Shown here piece after piece: positions 27,330 to 41,239 of a stretch of 64,000 bases of DNA. A program made the translations under genes and the position numbers. Source of the stretch: Chrysomallon squamiferum (lineage: Eukaryota > Animalia > Mollusca); contig CM022679.1 in NCBI GenBank assembly GCA_012295275.1, positions 21,514,001-21,578,000 of the forward strand, in the 5' to 3' direction. The notes beneath the pieces are model-generated. The model did not search any database. It was not told the origin of the DNA and was given only the letters and a program-made list of their open reading frames with translations. Positions within the stretch are counted from its first letter, which is position 1. Every line of letters begins with the position of its first letter.

Positions 27330-27413
27330 GCCATGATGGATCGTGAACAGATAGATAAACTTCCCAGCATGCAAGTGGACTTTATTGATGGTGTCTGCTT
27401 ACCTGTGTATGAG
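27330..27413 (+). CDS. PDE11: PDE11-like exon (invariant purine-binding Gln, MQVDFID)
   Basis: caacag|[28 protein letters not shown]|gtaatc. Confidence 0.95.
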
Positions 27414-28530
27414 GTAATCAATTCACATCTTCAATTTAAGTGTGGCACAACTGGTGTATATTAATGTGTGTATATATGCATGTACATGTCTATTTGATAT
27501 CAAATTCTTCAACTTTCATTCACTCTTAACTTGTACAGTCCAGTGTCAATTGTACCTGTATCATTTACCTTTGTTTGTACTTGAACCACACTTTTACAGA
27601 ATCAAGTATCTGTCCTTTACGAAACTTACCTTCAGTAATATGGTGTATGGTTATATGTCTTACCTTTAAAATAATTTAGCTTAAAATACTACTATCAGCA
27701 TTAAGAAGATTAACGTGTTTTACTTACGATTTCAAACCATGGTGAAAGCATTTAAACTAACTTGATTATTTTGATAGTTTAATACTTTTTATACAGAAAG
27801 AAGTCTCTTTTTAAATATTTTTTCTTTATCAAATAGATTTGTTTTGCTGTTGTGAATTTTATGCAAATTTATTGTAGATAAACAGTTATTTTTATAGTTA
27901 ATTGAAAAAAAAAAAAAAATAATATATTTTATTTATTTTAAAACTGTTTATAAAAAAAAAGTGTATTTTTCATGCTTTTCTTGATTTTAAAGTTGCTGAA
28001 ATACAAGTTTATTAATCTTAAAATAAAAGTGTATTTTGTTATTATTATTATATTTTTTTTGAAAGTTTTAAAAAAATATGTAATAACAATAATAAATTAA
28101 TAATTAAATACATTATTTTCATGTTTTTCTTGATTTTAAAGTCCCTTAAATATCACATTTTATTAATCTTAAAACAAAAAAAACAAAATTTGTTTTTTAA
28201 ACTTTTCTTGATTTTAAAGTTGCTTAAATACAATATTATATTCACTTTTTACATAAGTTCTAATATGTTTATAAAATAATACTTTAATATCATTACATAA
28301 ACATTCCCTAAAAAATTCTACATTTTTGTGTAATTTTGAATTTTATTGTTCCTTTTATACAATTCTTTATTTATTCATTCAAAAAAAAAAAAAAAAAAAA
28401 AAATCAGATTGATAATAATCTTTTCTGAGTTTTAATGAAAATGCTGGAGAAAGAAATCCCAGAAATCCAACACAACATTCAATTTAAAATTTAAAATTAA
28501 AAACTTTTAAATTATAAAATTGAATAAATA

Positions 28531-28567
<37 letters not shown>

Positions 28568-28793
28568 GCATGCCATAACTTTATTCATTTTAAAAACAAA
28601 ATTATAAAATTTTAAATATAAAATTCCATAACCTATATATTTTATTATTATTATTATTACAGGCCACCACTTTACTCATGTTAAAATTCAAAATTCTAAA
28701 ATTATGTAAAATATACATCACCATTATTATTATTATTATTAATATTATTATTATTATTATTACTATTATTATTATTGCTATTATTATTATTAA

Positions 28794-28860
<67 letters not shown>

Positions 28861-28864
28861 GCAG

Positions 28865-29041
28865 GCCATAAGTAAAGTTTCACCAGCTTTGAGCCCACTG
28901 CTGTCCGGTTGTCAGAACAACCGAGAGAACTGGCAGAAAGTCGCAGAAAACCGAGACACGAAACTGGAAGATGAGCTGAAACCAGAGAACACGGAGAAAG
29001 ACAAAAACGAAGATGACGTCAAGAACGATGATGCGTCCTGA
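28865..29041 (+). CDS. PDE11: PDE11-like last coding exon
   Basis: ttgcag|AISKVSPALSPLLSGCQNNRENWQKVAENRDTKLEDELKPENTEKDKNEDDVKNDDAS-TGA; no CaaX box, consistent with PDE11 rather than PDE6. Confidence 0.92.
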   Translation, partial: AISKVSPALSPLLSGCQNNRENWQKVAENRDTKLEDELKPENTEKDKNEDDVKNDDAS

Positions 29042-32000
29042 CAGTTGCTGTGCTGTAGGATTGTGTAGCACGTTTATGGTGGACAAAAAGTGACAAGATT
29101 TAAAAAAAAAGAAAAAAGATGAAAACAAAAACAATATTTGTCAGAGAGCAGATTTGTAATATAATACTTGATATTATTAACACACACACAAAAGAACTTT
29201 ATAATCCTTCAGAAAGGTGATATAATATACTCAAGATTTTATGAAATTTCATTCATAATAATAATTTTAGAAAATAATTTATTATTTATCAAAAAGTTGA
29301 TATATCTGATATTGGAAGAATTAAACAGAAAATTAAAAACTATTTATTTGTCAAAAAGTTAGTTAAAATAAACTCGAGATTATACATAATTTTATTTATA
29401 TTAAACAACAAAAATGTAAATTTATTTATATATTTATCTGATAATATATCTGAGATAAAATAAATTTTATTTATAGCAAATAATATGAAATTTCATTTAT
29501 AGTGAGAAAAACATACAAAAAACATTTAAAAAATCATAAAAAATATATATTTATATGGTAAAAAAATCATGTAATATACCTGTGATTAAATGAAATTTTA
29601 TTTATAATACAGCTGAAATTATAAAAATTTTAACTTTTGGTCAAAACTGGAAAACGTCTGACCTTGTAATTGAAATACCAATAAATTCATAAAGTTCTGC
29701 CATAAGAATTTTAATATATATATAACTATTAGAAAGACAAAAGTTATTAGGAATTAAAATTTATAATCAAAACAACAAAGACACAGTGAATTATAAGAAA
29801 TCAGATGTTGTGTTCAAAACATCTGATATAAAACAAATCCTCGATTTACAGAGAATTTGAGTTCAACAAAGCAGCTGTACAATTTTAAAAAAAATTAAAA
29901 ATCTGGAATTAATAAAGAGACGACCCAGGATTTAGAAGAAATGTGAACTTGCAGTGGCAGTAAGTCCCAGAATCTCAGAGAGAATGCTGTCTGTTTGTTT
30001 TATAGATGCTAGCTGTCCACCATAACTGAAAACTGTTTTATCCCAAGCCAACGTTTGCTCACAAATCCTACAGCATATCCCTAAGGTGAATGAGATCTGT
30101 TTTTCATTTTGTTCAGAATGTAGTATGGCTGTCATCGAATTCACACTTGTGCCGAAATTAATTTCACCTGTATTTATTTAATTTTTGTAAAATAAATTTG
30201 TTGTGTATATATAATTTTAAATTATAAAAATGCATTTGTGCATGTGTGTGTGCGTGCATGCAAATAAACACATGCAGTTTTAATTAAATAACACTAATGA
30301 TATACATAAACACACACACACACACAAACACACATACACATTTTTAATTGTTTTTTTGTTTTTGTTTTTTTGAGAGAGTAATATATGAAATAACGTATTA
30401 AAAAATGTTCTTTGTAAAAATAAAATGTTAAAAACTAGTCTTCAGAAATTTAAATAATCTTATGATTATCATCAGTTTTGTTCTTAAAATTTAAATATTC
30501 AAATAAGGGATAAAAATAAAGAATTAGATATTTAATTACACAAATAATAAAATAAAATGTTTTATAAATATAGAAACCTTTTAGAAAACATCCTACATTT
30601 TTAAATTTAATTAGTTGAAATTAGTTGAATTCAAATAACAATTTACATCTTGTGTAGAAATAATTTTACAAATTTGGTAATATTACTGAGCATATGAGAA
30701 TAAAAAATATATTAAAAACAGCAATAAAATTACCAATAAAAAAAAATAAAATAAGCATATACAAAATATAATATTTATTAACAACCAAAAATATTATAAA
30801 AGTAAAAAAAATCAGAAGTTAAGAACTGAATCAAAAAACAATAAAAATTTAATTGTCCAGAAATAAATTATATAAAATTATCAGATCATAAAATAAAGAC
30901 AAAAAAATTAACAGAAAATAATAAAGATAAAGATAAAATAAAATAAAATAAAATAAAATAAAATAAAATAAAATAAATAAAATAATTGATTTAAAACTGA
31001 AAAAAATGGCAAAAGCACAAGTGAACAATACTAACATATCTATTAATGACATGATAATATTAACAATAATAGTTCATTTTTTAAAATGTACAGGTTTTCT
31101 TGTTGTGATGTGTAAATGTCTGGTTCACCATGGGACCATGGCTGTACATTAGTGCTGCTAAATTATTATTATTACAATCTTTTTAATGATATTTATCTGG
31201 CTTAATATTCACCAGATATGTTTCTGTATATATGAGATGTAGATTCTGCTTTTATTTATTATGAAATCTCCACAACCAGTCTTATTTTACCACTTGTACA
31301 TTTTTATATTAGAATCGTATTATGACATTTTTTCTGCTGTATTGCATATTTTTACATAATCTCTCCTCTCCATTTTGTTTCTAAAACTTCATATTTCTAT
31401 GAAAAGCCTTTTTTAAAATATTTTAAGCCAAATTACTGTTAAGTTATTGTAAGGCATGTAATTAAAACAGAGTCAGGTTTAGTTCAAATATTATTGTTTC
31501 CACAAAATAAAACATGCAGATGATGTTTTTTTCAGTTAAAATAAAGTCCCTTGTTAAAACAATCATTTTGTTAATGTTGCTGTTGAAATTAATTATGTTA
31601 AGTGTAAATAAAAATGCTTTTGAGACATTTTATTTCATGTTTATTAGAGAGCTTATTTCTTTTAATTTTGTAAATATTCAGTATACTGTTATAAATCACA
31701 TCTTTTCTGTTCCTGTGAGGTTTTTTCGAAGAATCTTGATAAATGCAGGATTTACACTGTTATTTATTTACTTCTCTCCCCTGACTTCAGTCATTTGTAA
31801 GTTACTAATATTTTTTATTTTTAAAAATTAAATAAATTTTAAACATGTAACATGCTTGTTTCTTATTATTTAACAGTTATATATTGTCTTATTTTATTTG
31901 CTTGTTTGTTTGTTTGTTTATTTATTTGTTTATTTTATTTTAATTTCATTTCATTTCATTAATATTTTATTTTATTTTATTTACTTACATTTGTATTATT

Positions 32001-33115
32001 TTATTTTATTTCTTTGTTTTCATTTATTTTTTATATTTTTTATTTTATTTTATTTATTTATTTATTTATTTTTTAATTATTAAAAACATTTTAAAATGTA
32101 TTCCTGTCTTTTATTTTTTTGTTCATCTTATTTCTGATAAATAAATTTTAAATATATAATACTAGTTTCTTTTCTTTTTGAAAAATTACAAAGGCATTAT
32201 TGTTATTAAAAAAAAATAATAGTAATAAAAAATAAATTAACAAACATTTTATTCAAATAATTATTTAAAATTTGTTTTAATAGCTACTTGTGATTATTAT
32301 GAAACAAATAAAAGTAACACAACTACTAAAACTACTATTAACTCTACTGGTAATAATACTAATAAAAAAAAAAAAATAATAATAAAAGTAGTAGTAGTAG
32401 TAGTAGTAGTAGTAAATACATAATACTAAAATAATTTTAGCTTAATGCTTATGTCCAGTTAGAAACAATAAACATACATTTCTTTCCATGATAATATTTT
32501 GTATTAAAATCAAGATTTTTATTTTTTTTATTATTATTTTTTTTATTATTAATTTTATTATTTTTTATTATGAAAATTATATATATATATTTGAAAAAAA
32601 AAAAAAAAAAAATATTTGTTATTTTTAATTTATATTTGATATATACTAGACACTTCAGCTTGCTTATTTTTATTTACAGAACATCATCTAATAAAAATAA
32701 TTTTAAATTATTAAGTAAAGAAAACTGTATGATTAAAATTTTATAAATGATTATTATTTTAAGTAGTTTGTGTTAGAATTTTTAGATGTTCTTAAATAAA
32801 AATAATATATCCACATTTTTAGTATCTTTATAAAATTATAACTTTTTCTCAGACATCTTTAAACTTTTTTATTACCTTTTATATCCATTTCTAAAAAATG
32901 TCTAATAAAAAACATTCATATGCATTTGACATTTTAATATACATTATGTATATTCTATTAAAACTATGTATATTTTATTAATTTAATTTAAATAGTCATG
33001 AAAAATAATGCTATACTATTTACTAAAATCATGTTTGCAATAAAAGTTGGTATTTAATTTATCTTTGCAAAATACATTTTTTAATATTTTGTTGTTGTAT
33101 ATTTTACATATTTGG

Positions 33116-33155
<40 letters not shown>

Positions 33156-36100
33156 ATTCATGAAATATTTATTATTCATACAAAAATAAAGCTATGTGTT
33201 TAATTCAAGTTATCATTTTTGTAAAAACACATTTAAAATTTTTCACATATTTTCACAATTTATTATCATTGTACATTTGCTCATAATTAAATATTTTGTA
33301 ACTGCTCTGTTTTGTAAAATATTTCTACCATATTTAACACACATTACATATACAGAAGCTTTTTTTCTCTTCCTGTCAAAGAATGGTAATACTTTAACTG
33401 TTAGCTAGATTTAAAAGATGAACAAATGTGGTGCTTTCATCAAAATTCTTTTGTCTTGTAATACTACCATCTTGTAGAATTGCAAATCTTTTCTGTATGT
33501 AACCACAGGCATTATTGAGCTTTTGCTTCAAACAGAAATTTCTCCCAGTCATTAGATGTGCTATGTAAGGCATGCTTATACCCATCCCTGTTGCAGATAG
33601 GCCATTAAATTAAAATACTGCAGCTTAAGCAATGGATTGACCTTTTGGAAAACTTGGAACTTGTTTTCTATTTATATCTCCACATATTATTAGCCAGGAC
33701 AGAATAACATTTTTATCATGTCATAGACAAACTGCTTTGACCAGGTTTTCTTTCAGTTTTTTATTTTTATTTTTTTATATTTTATTTATCCAAACAAAAA
33801 AAAAAAAAAAACCATAAATAAATCTTTTTTTTTTTTTTTTTTTTTTTTTTTACCAGGGATAGTGTGTTTATAAAACATTGGCAAAAGATTTGTAAATATA
33901 AATAAAAATTGGGAATATTTTGTTACTGTTTTTTTTTTTTTTTTTTAGTGCCATACATCATGTACATAATCTGTATTTTAGCAATATCCTGGTTTGTAAG
34001 TGCTAGATGTCTGTGAATGATGAAAAACACCTGAGTTTTCTTGGCTTGTCACACTACAAATACAATCACATTTTCTTGTTGGGGTTTGCTTTGTGTTGTT
34101 TTTAGAAACATGTAATATATTATTATTATTATTGAATTTTACTTATTTATTTATTTTAAAACTGTAATTTGACATTCATTGTGATGTGAATAATTTTGCT
34201 ACTGTATTATTTGTAACACTTGTTATGTATTTAAATTGTAGAATTGCTCTTTATTTGTGTTTGATCATCATCTGGTCAACTGACCACCACTACTATCAAA
34301 GCAGAGATAATCAGTGGTCATCAAGACCATTTTACTGCAAAGTGAAAGTTATTTCCATTATATGACACTTGCCTTTATCTCATCTCATAGCCCTCATTTC
34401 ACAGATGCAAGGTTTCACCTCATAAAGTTTAAGCCACATAAACAAAACATGTGGTTATCAGAAATGTTTAAAAGTACAGTACTGATATTAAACGGTTTGA
34501 GAATCAGCCATTCCACTGATACTTGTTAAAACAGTAAGTTTTGTTAGAGAGCTTAAATACAAGTATAGTTTAACATCTTTAATAATGGGAAAAATAAAAA
34601 TACAATCTTATAAAATGGTCACCTTTTATTTCAGTAATACATTTTTTGTCACCTTATTTGCAAAGCCATTTTCTTTTGTTAAAAATGCACGTTAAATTCA
34701 TTCATTAAATTAGCACATTTAATTCACAGAGTTACAAACTCAACATGGAAGCACAATATGACATCATTTCAATGTTTTCTTCAATAATTTTTCATCTATG
34801 AAAATAATACTGTGATACTGATGTGGCTCATTTTTATTTTTTTTTATTTTTTTTTTATAACTGATTTAAAAGGTCAAAATAAGCTTTCCCTGGTACAAAT
34901 TCAAATTTAGAGTGATGAGTAACACGTATCTGTTCAAAGAGAAATGGACCTCTCAAGACTTTTGATTCAGACCATCGTCAGGAATTGGTAATAGTATTTA
35001 AAACATTATTTTGACAAACTGAAATTTTGTTATAATTAAGTAGCAGAGAAAATAAAAACATGATAATTAAGTTCATTAATATTTTGTTTCACAAACAGAC
35101 CAAGAATGATTGTTTATAGAAATTTATTTTATTTTTTAATTCTTTCAAGGAAAGAGTTGTGTAATGCATCCTTTGAACCCAAGCAGTTAAAAATGTTAAA
35201 CAAAACAAATAGTTTATACTTCAGCAATTAGTTTTACCACTACATTTCTAACACCATGCAGTTTTTGTAGCATTTTCATGGTTTTTTCCCCCGACTGAAA
35301 ATGGATGTAACAAATTTGAGCCATTTTCTTGGGGAGCTTAAGGTATACAAGGTCCATGTTTGTGTGGGAGCTTAGCATTCAAAGGGATAAGCTTTATGTA
35401 AACACATTTAACTGGTGTATCCATTCCCTCCCATATCTGTAATTTGTGTATTTTTTAAAAGTTCTTTGTCTCATAATGATGTGTTGGTTTCTGAAACATC
35501 ACCAGCAATGTTTGGATATTCTAATAATGCTGGTCATGTTAAGTGACATTTTCAGTGTATTTTACATTTAATGTTTCATTTCTTCAGAAATAAAACATTT
35601 ACTGTTTTAGCTTTTTGTTGTTGTTGTTGTTCTTATCAACCTTTTCCCAATCTAAATTTAAAAAAAAAAAAAAAAGATTATTTCTAAATTTTTCCAATTT
35701 CAAAACATTAAAATTAGAGACATTTCTCATAAATTCGTAAATTTTCAAAGGAAATGAAGAATGATTCAACTTTTTATTATTTTTTTAGTTATCTATTTAT
35801 ATGTGCATATTTATATATTTATGTTAATGACATTATTTTCAACTTTTAACTAACATTTTTAAAAGTATTTTTCTGACCCAGAATACTACACATGTAATCA
35901 TCTAATATTCCATTCACTATGAGTCAAGGTTTATTTCTAAAGCAGAGGCTGACAATGCTCTTTCCTTCCTGGAGCTTTTAATTAGTTCATCATAAATCTG
36001 TTTTACAAATTATAAGAAAACAAATTTGTAATTTCGAAAAAGACAAGAAAACTATTAGGCAAGACTTATTTTCTGAACATTTAGTTACTTGAACTTTCAC

Positions 36101-38558
36101 CTCAAACACAAATAAGTTTTCACCAAAAACATAAAAAAAAAATTAATAATAATAAAATTTAAAACAATAAATGAACATCCAAGAAAAAAAAAAAAAAATA
36201 ATAATAATAATAAATAAATAAAATAAAGACAGACAAAAATTTGAAAAAATCCAAAGATTTTCTTTTATTGATAATGTGCAGCTGGACATTAAAATGTTTT
36301 TATTCAGTTTCTACAATTTTGGGATTGTTACCACAGTACACAAACAACTGTCGTGTTGCTTCTTGTACCAGGCACGTACATTTTGTTATTATTTTCCCAA
36401 ACAATCCAGGGAGAGCACATAAAAAGTTACAAAGAAAAAAAAACATGAATACTGAAAAGAAAATAAGACAACCAAGACAAATGGGAACATTTTTAGTTTT
36501 TCCCCACTTTGGACATTTTTCTTTCTTTTCTACATCTACCTTCAATGAAACTACACATGGCAAAGTGCTCATTTTTCAACCTACATGAAAGTTGGTGAAA
36601 ATCCACATCAGTACCAAATAAGCTTCACTGGTAAATGAGATTTAAATTTTTTTTTTTTTTTTTTTTTATATATTTTTTTTCAAAAATCAAACAGGATAGT
36701 GTTTGACATGATTATATCCTTTGTGGATTTTACTAAAGACTCATCCACTGCCTTGATTGACTTAGACTCAGTTCAGACAAATTTATACTGATATAATTGT
36801 GTGAATGAAAGACGAATGGCACCATGTGATGCTGCTAATGTTGAATCTTCATTCATTTAAAGTATTAAAGTTATGTATCAACTCAGTAACCATCTTAAAG
36901 ATTAGTTTCACAGTGTTTTTTTTTTTTTTTAATCAACCTCTTGTAAGCTAACTTTTTAATATATTAAATTATAATTTTGGATTAAATATTAATGTTACGT
37001 AGGCAATTTTATACAGGTTTATATTTGTTTTTATTATTATTAAATTACTATATAATGAGCAATGTATGAATTATATATATTATGACATTCTGATAAATTT
37101 CAATGTGAAGGAAAGAGAAAAGAAACAGACAAATAAATACAGATTTGTTTTCACACAGCAAAATGACCAACCAATCCATGATCAGTTCAAACAAAGCTTT
37201 TTAAGATCACAAATGGCACTTGTTCCAGTTATTGACAGTGAACAATGTCAAAGTAGAAGTAACTAGTTTTGTTTTTTTTAAATATTCTTCTATAGTTTAT
37301 TTACTTAATTTTGGTTAAAACAAGCATTAACACACACACACATAAAAAAAAAAAAAAAAAAAAATAAAAAAAAAAAATCAAGGCATGTCACAATTTTAAA
37401 CGACTACCCCACTCATTCAAAAATGTTCAAGCTTTCAAATTTGTTTTTTTTTTTTTTTTTTTTTTGAAAACCAAAATTATAAAAATAATTTAGCTACCAT
37501 GCAGAGAAATAAAATATTCATTTACTGCCATTTGACACTTAACATTTTTCTAGACAGGAATGACACAACAAAGATTTCAGAAATGATACAAAAACATTTC
37601 ACTTCCAATTTTTCCACCCTCTCAGTATTTTTTATTTGTTTTTGCTGTTTAATGTTTTCCCTTATTCCTAACCCAAGAACATAAAAAAAAAGAAGTAGAA
37701 ACATTACTGGAAACCACTGACTTAAGGAATGTGGCTATCATACATGAAGATCATTTGTTTCAAAAAAAAGAAAGAAAAGAAAAAGAAGCATGAAACAGAG
37801 TTGTAATAAAGAAAAATCTAGAAAGGGGGAAACAAGACCTAGGAGAGAATTATGAACTGTATATGAATTTATTTTTACTTTTTTTTTTTTTTTTTTTTTA
37901 AACCAATGTCCAACCTAATTTAAAAAAAATAATAAAAAATTTTAAAAACAAAACAACACATTTTATATCTGATTCTGTTAATAAACGTATGAAAATAATG
38001 AAGTCTTTGGACATTCTGTACAACATGTTTATATATAAACCTTTCAGATTATGATTTATTACCAAGACAGGAAACCATGATTTTTTTTTTTTCTTTTTTT
38101 CCTTTTATGCAGCCGTTCACAAATGACAATTTTTTTTATTATTTTTTTTTTTCCACAGACTTGAAAATATGCAATTCTGTTATTACTAGAACCATTAAAT
38201 TAACAAATTTTTTTCATCTTTCTTTTTACATCAGACCTCTGTATTTCAATACCAGCATCAACCAATTGAGACCCGTTCTGCGCATATTCATTCTGTACAA
38301 AAAAATTAATTGGTTATATACTGGTATTTACTCATTCTTGCTCCACATACCAGGTATTCTTATAAATTTGCTTCTCTTATTTTACAAATAGTTTTTTTTC
38401 TGGGTACTTATTATTGTTCAGGTCTGTATTGCTATAGTCAAAGGTCTGTTAGGGCTCTGGTTCGGTAGTAACTATATTAAAAGGGAAGCAACTCTAACAA
38501 AACGGCCACCTACAAAGCTCAGAATTGCATATTTTCTCCTTTAAGCACCATTTACAAC

Positions 38559-38789
38559 TCATCGTCTCCCAGATGTCCCACCTCTCACCCCAAAGCCGCC
38601 ACCACCACCCCTTGGCATTCCTCCACCGCCCCTCATGTTGCCACGCCCAGGGCCTCCAAATCCCCCACGGCCCATGCCACCCCCACCACGTGCAGGTCCA
38701 CCTCGTGCACTACCAATCCGGCCGTCTCGTGGTTTCTTTTCCTCCACGTTCAGTCTGTGTTCTCCGTTGTACTTTATGGGCTGGCTCAT
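38559..38789 (-). CDS. G3BP: G3BP last coding exon (RRM end plus RGG box)
   Basis: (MSQ)PIKYNGEHRLNVEEKKPRDGRIGSARGGPARGGGGMGRGGFGG...RR-TGA; alternative in-frame acceptor gives an exon start at 38780. Confidence 0.94.
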   Translation of the reverse strand: MSQPIKYNGEHRLNVEEKKPRDGRIGSARGGPARGGGGMGRGGFGGPGRGNMRGGGGMPRGGGGGFGVRGGTSGRR

Positions 38790-38948
38790 CTGAATAAAAC
38801 AAAAACAAAGCACTGCATTTCTTGGATTCCTTTCTCTAGTATTTAAACAATATTTATTTTAGAATTAGATTTTTTTTTTTTTTTACATTAAGTTTTGTTA
38901 ATTATATTTTCCACCCACCAATATTTTAAAAGGATTTCTTAGTAGGTG

Positions 38949-39053
38949 GTAGCTCAGAATATTTTGTCATCTTCACTCAAGGTAGATGTTTAGTGACAAC
39001 AGGCATTGTCAACAACCAACCTGTCTGACGCAACTTACAAACATCACTGCTAC
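38949..39053 (-). ncRNA. SNORD16: Box C/D snoRNA, SNORD16/U16-like, copy A
   Basis: Minus strand: gtagc/gctac terminal stem, C box GTGATGT, guide TTGTAAGTTGCGT, D' CAGA, GACAATGCCTGTTGTC hairpin, C'-like TGAAGA, D box CTGA; sense orientation in a G3BP intron. Confidence 0.85.
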
Positions 39054-39562
39054 ATTAATTAAACAGTCTGCTGGACAAAAATCAAATATTAAATATTTTT
39101 TAAGCTTTTCTCTTCAGTCTTATATTTTAGCAGAAGATATACTTAAAAGGAAATAGAATTTTTAAAATTTTGTTTGTTTATTTTATTAATTATTATGTTT
39201 ATGTGCATCCCTTTGCAGTCAGAAGAAAACTCTTTGGAAACAAAATTATTAATTTTTGTTGCTTGCAAAACAATCAGAATTTATTGTGAATAGACTGTAA
39301 TCTTGCAGGAAATATTAATATATATTTTAGTTTACTTTTTATTTTATTTGCCGTTTTTAGTGTGACAACTAAAGAATAACATTGCTACAAATCCAAACTG
39401 ATGAACATCTCATTTTAAATTAACAATTCTTAGTTTTAAAAAAAATTACAAATTTTTTTTTAAAATAAACAATTCTTTCCAGTCAGCAAAGAAGGTGTTG
39501 TTGCTGTTTTGATAAAATCAGTTTCATTGAAAAAATGTTTAAAAATAGAATTCTTAGATTAA

Positions 39563-39666
39563 GTAGCTCAGAATTTTTGCTGTCTTCAACCTAGGCAGAT
39601 GTTTAGTGACAACACACACTGTCAACAACCAACCTGTCTGACGCAACTTACAAACATCACTGCTAC
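39563..39666 (-). ncRNA. SNORD16: Box C/D snoRNA, SNORD16/U16-like, copy B
   Basis: Same boxes, guide and terminal stem; hairpin loop altered to GACAGTGTGTGTTGTC. Confidence 0.82.
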
Positions 39667-40291
39667 ACGAGTTCAACAGATTGCTGGACAAAAATCAGAC
39701 AAAAGTACAGATTTTAATTTACACTGGACTACCTTTAATGTTTATGAAAATATTTTGATATATTCAAACATTAAAGATTATTTTTGTAGCTTTTTCATTT
39801 ATATTTTAGAAATGACAATTTCCCCACCGTTCCAAACCCAATTCATGTTACTTTGCTTGTTTGTAAGCAGCAGAGCACTTTCTGTTATTGGCAGTTTTAA
39901 TGACAATAATTGTTGCACTGCTTTTGAAAACAAAATGCAATTCATATTGTGGTGTATCAATCTGTGTTGCTTGAAAAACAATCTAATTTTATTTTGTATA
40001 AACCAACAATTGGCAGGAAGTACCTATATATATATATATATATAAGTTTGTCTTTTTTTGAAATCCAAGCAGTTTGCAAATATTAGCCATTCTCAATTTA
40101 GATACTAACATAACACATCTTTGACAACAAACAACATTTTGACGAACACCTCATTTTAAATTAACAGTAAGAATTTAATAAGAATATGAGGCTTTTATAA
40201 ACAATTCTTTCCAGTTAGTAAAGAATGTGCTGTTGCTGTTCTGATCAAATCAGTTATTTTGAATATGCTTAAAAAAAAAAAAATGGATTAG

Positions 40292-40395
40292 GTAGCTCAG
40301 ATAATTTGCTATCTTCAAGCTAGGCAGATGTTAAATGACAACAGGCATTGTCGACATTCTGCCTGTCTGACGCAACTTACAAACATCACTGCTAC
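40292..40395 (-). ncRNA. SNORD16: Box C/D snoRNA, SNORD16/U16-like, copy C
   Basis: Same boxes, guide, hairpin and terminal stem. Confidence 0.85.
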
Positions 40396-40930
40396 AAAAT
40401 TTAGATGAAAAGATCAACAAAACATTGACCAATACAAGCAGAGAGGTGAAATGCAAAGCCAAATTACATTCGACATCCAGATTCAACATTAAGAATGCAT
40501 TACTTGTAATTTATGCAGAAATATATCAATGTTATCAAACTATTAAACCACGTATTAATAAAACTAACCTACAATACTGTAAAATGATTTATCAACTTAA
40601 CTTTTTTAAAACAAGAATTGAGAACACAAATTAAAAAAAATCATATCTAGTGCTTAGGAATGAACCCAGTTAAATCTAAAACAATAAGCCCTGTAACTTT
40701 GAGATTGTTAGTAGTTCATTGCTTGTGCTTAATTAAATTTTAGGATCGTATTATATCAACAATGAACTGAGGAATAACAAAGAATGAAAAACCCACCCCA
40801 AAACTGATTTTCTTGAATATTAAAAAATAGACGCAACATGCCCAATATTTTAAATTAACTGATTCATTAACACAGCTACAGGAATCGTGCTGAATGAGAT
40901 AAAGTCCAATGGAAAACCAGGGTGTGGTAC

Positions 40931-41039
40931 CTGTAGCTCAGAAATAAATGTTTTCTTCAAACTAGGCAGGTGATAGATGACAACAGGCATTGTCAACACA
41001 CAGCCTGTCTGACGCAACTTACAAACATCATCGCTACAG
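40931..41039 (-). ncRNA. SNORD16: Box C/D snoRNA, SNORD16/U16-like, copy D
   Basis: 7-bp ctgtagc/gctacag terminal stem, ATGATGT C box, same guide and hairpin, CTGA D box. Confidence 0.87.
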
Positions 41040-41179
41040 TGATCTGTTTATTCCAATGTGCTAAAAACAGCCTTGGTTTAACTAAAAAGATGTTTGATGC
41101 AGTAAACACTATTCAGGTTTCTATTTCATTTCTAGTGCCTGCAACTATATGCAGTTTGTCAGTAATCAGAAAAACTTAC

Positions 41180-41239
41180 CTTTATTTTAAGAATGTGCTG
41201 AACAGGATCTGGGCTGTCAAATACAACAAAACCAAAATT
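41180..41239 (-). CDS. G3BP: G3BP exon (RRM RNP1)
   Basis: NFGFVVFDSPDPVQHILKIK with cag/gtaagt boundaries. Confidence 0.95.

Noticed and set aside
33117-33152. Long T run as a retrocopy poly(A) tail
   Set aside because: Homopolymer runs are ubiquitous in this window; no TSD or retroposed body seen
34017-34034. ATGATGA...CTGA as a C/D snoRNA
   Set aside because: Boxes only 7 nt apart, with no guide or convincing stem
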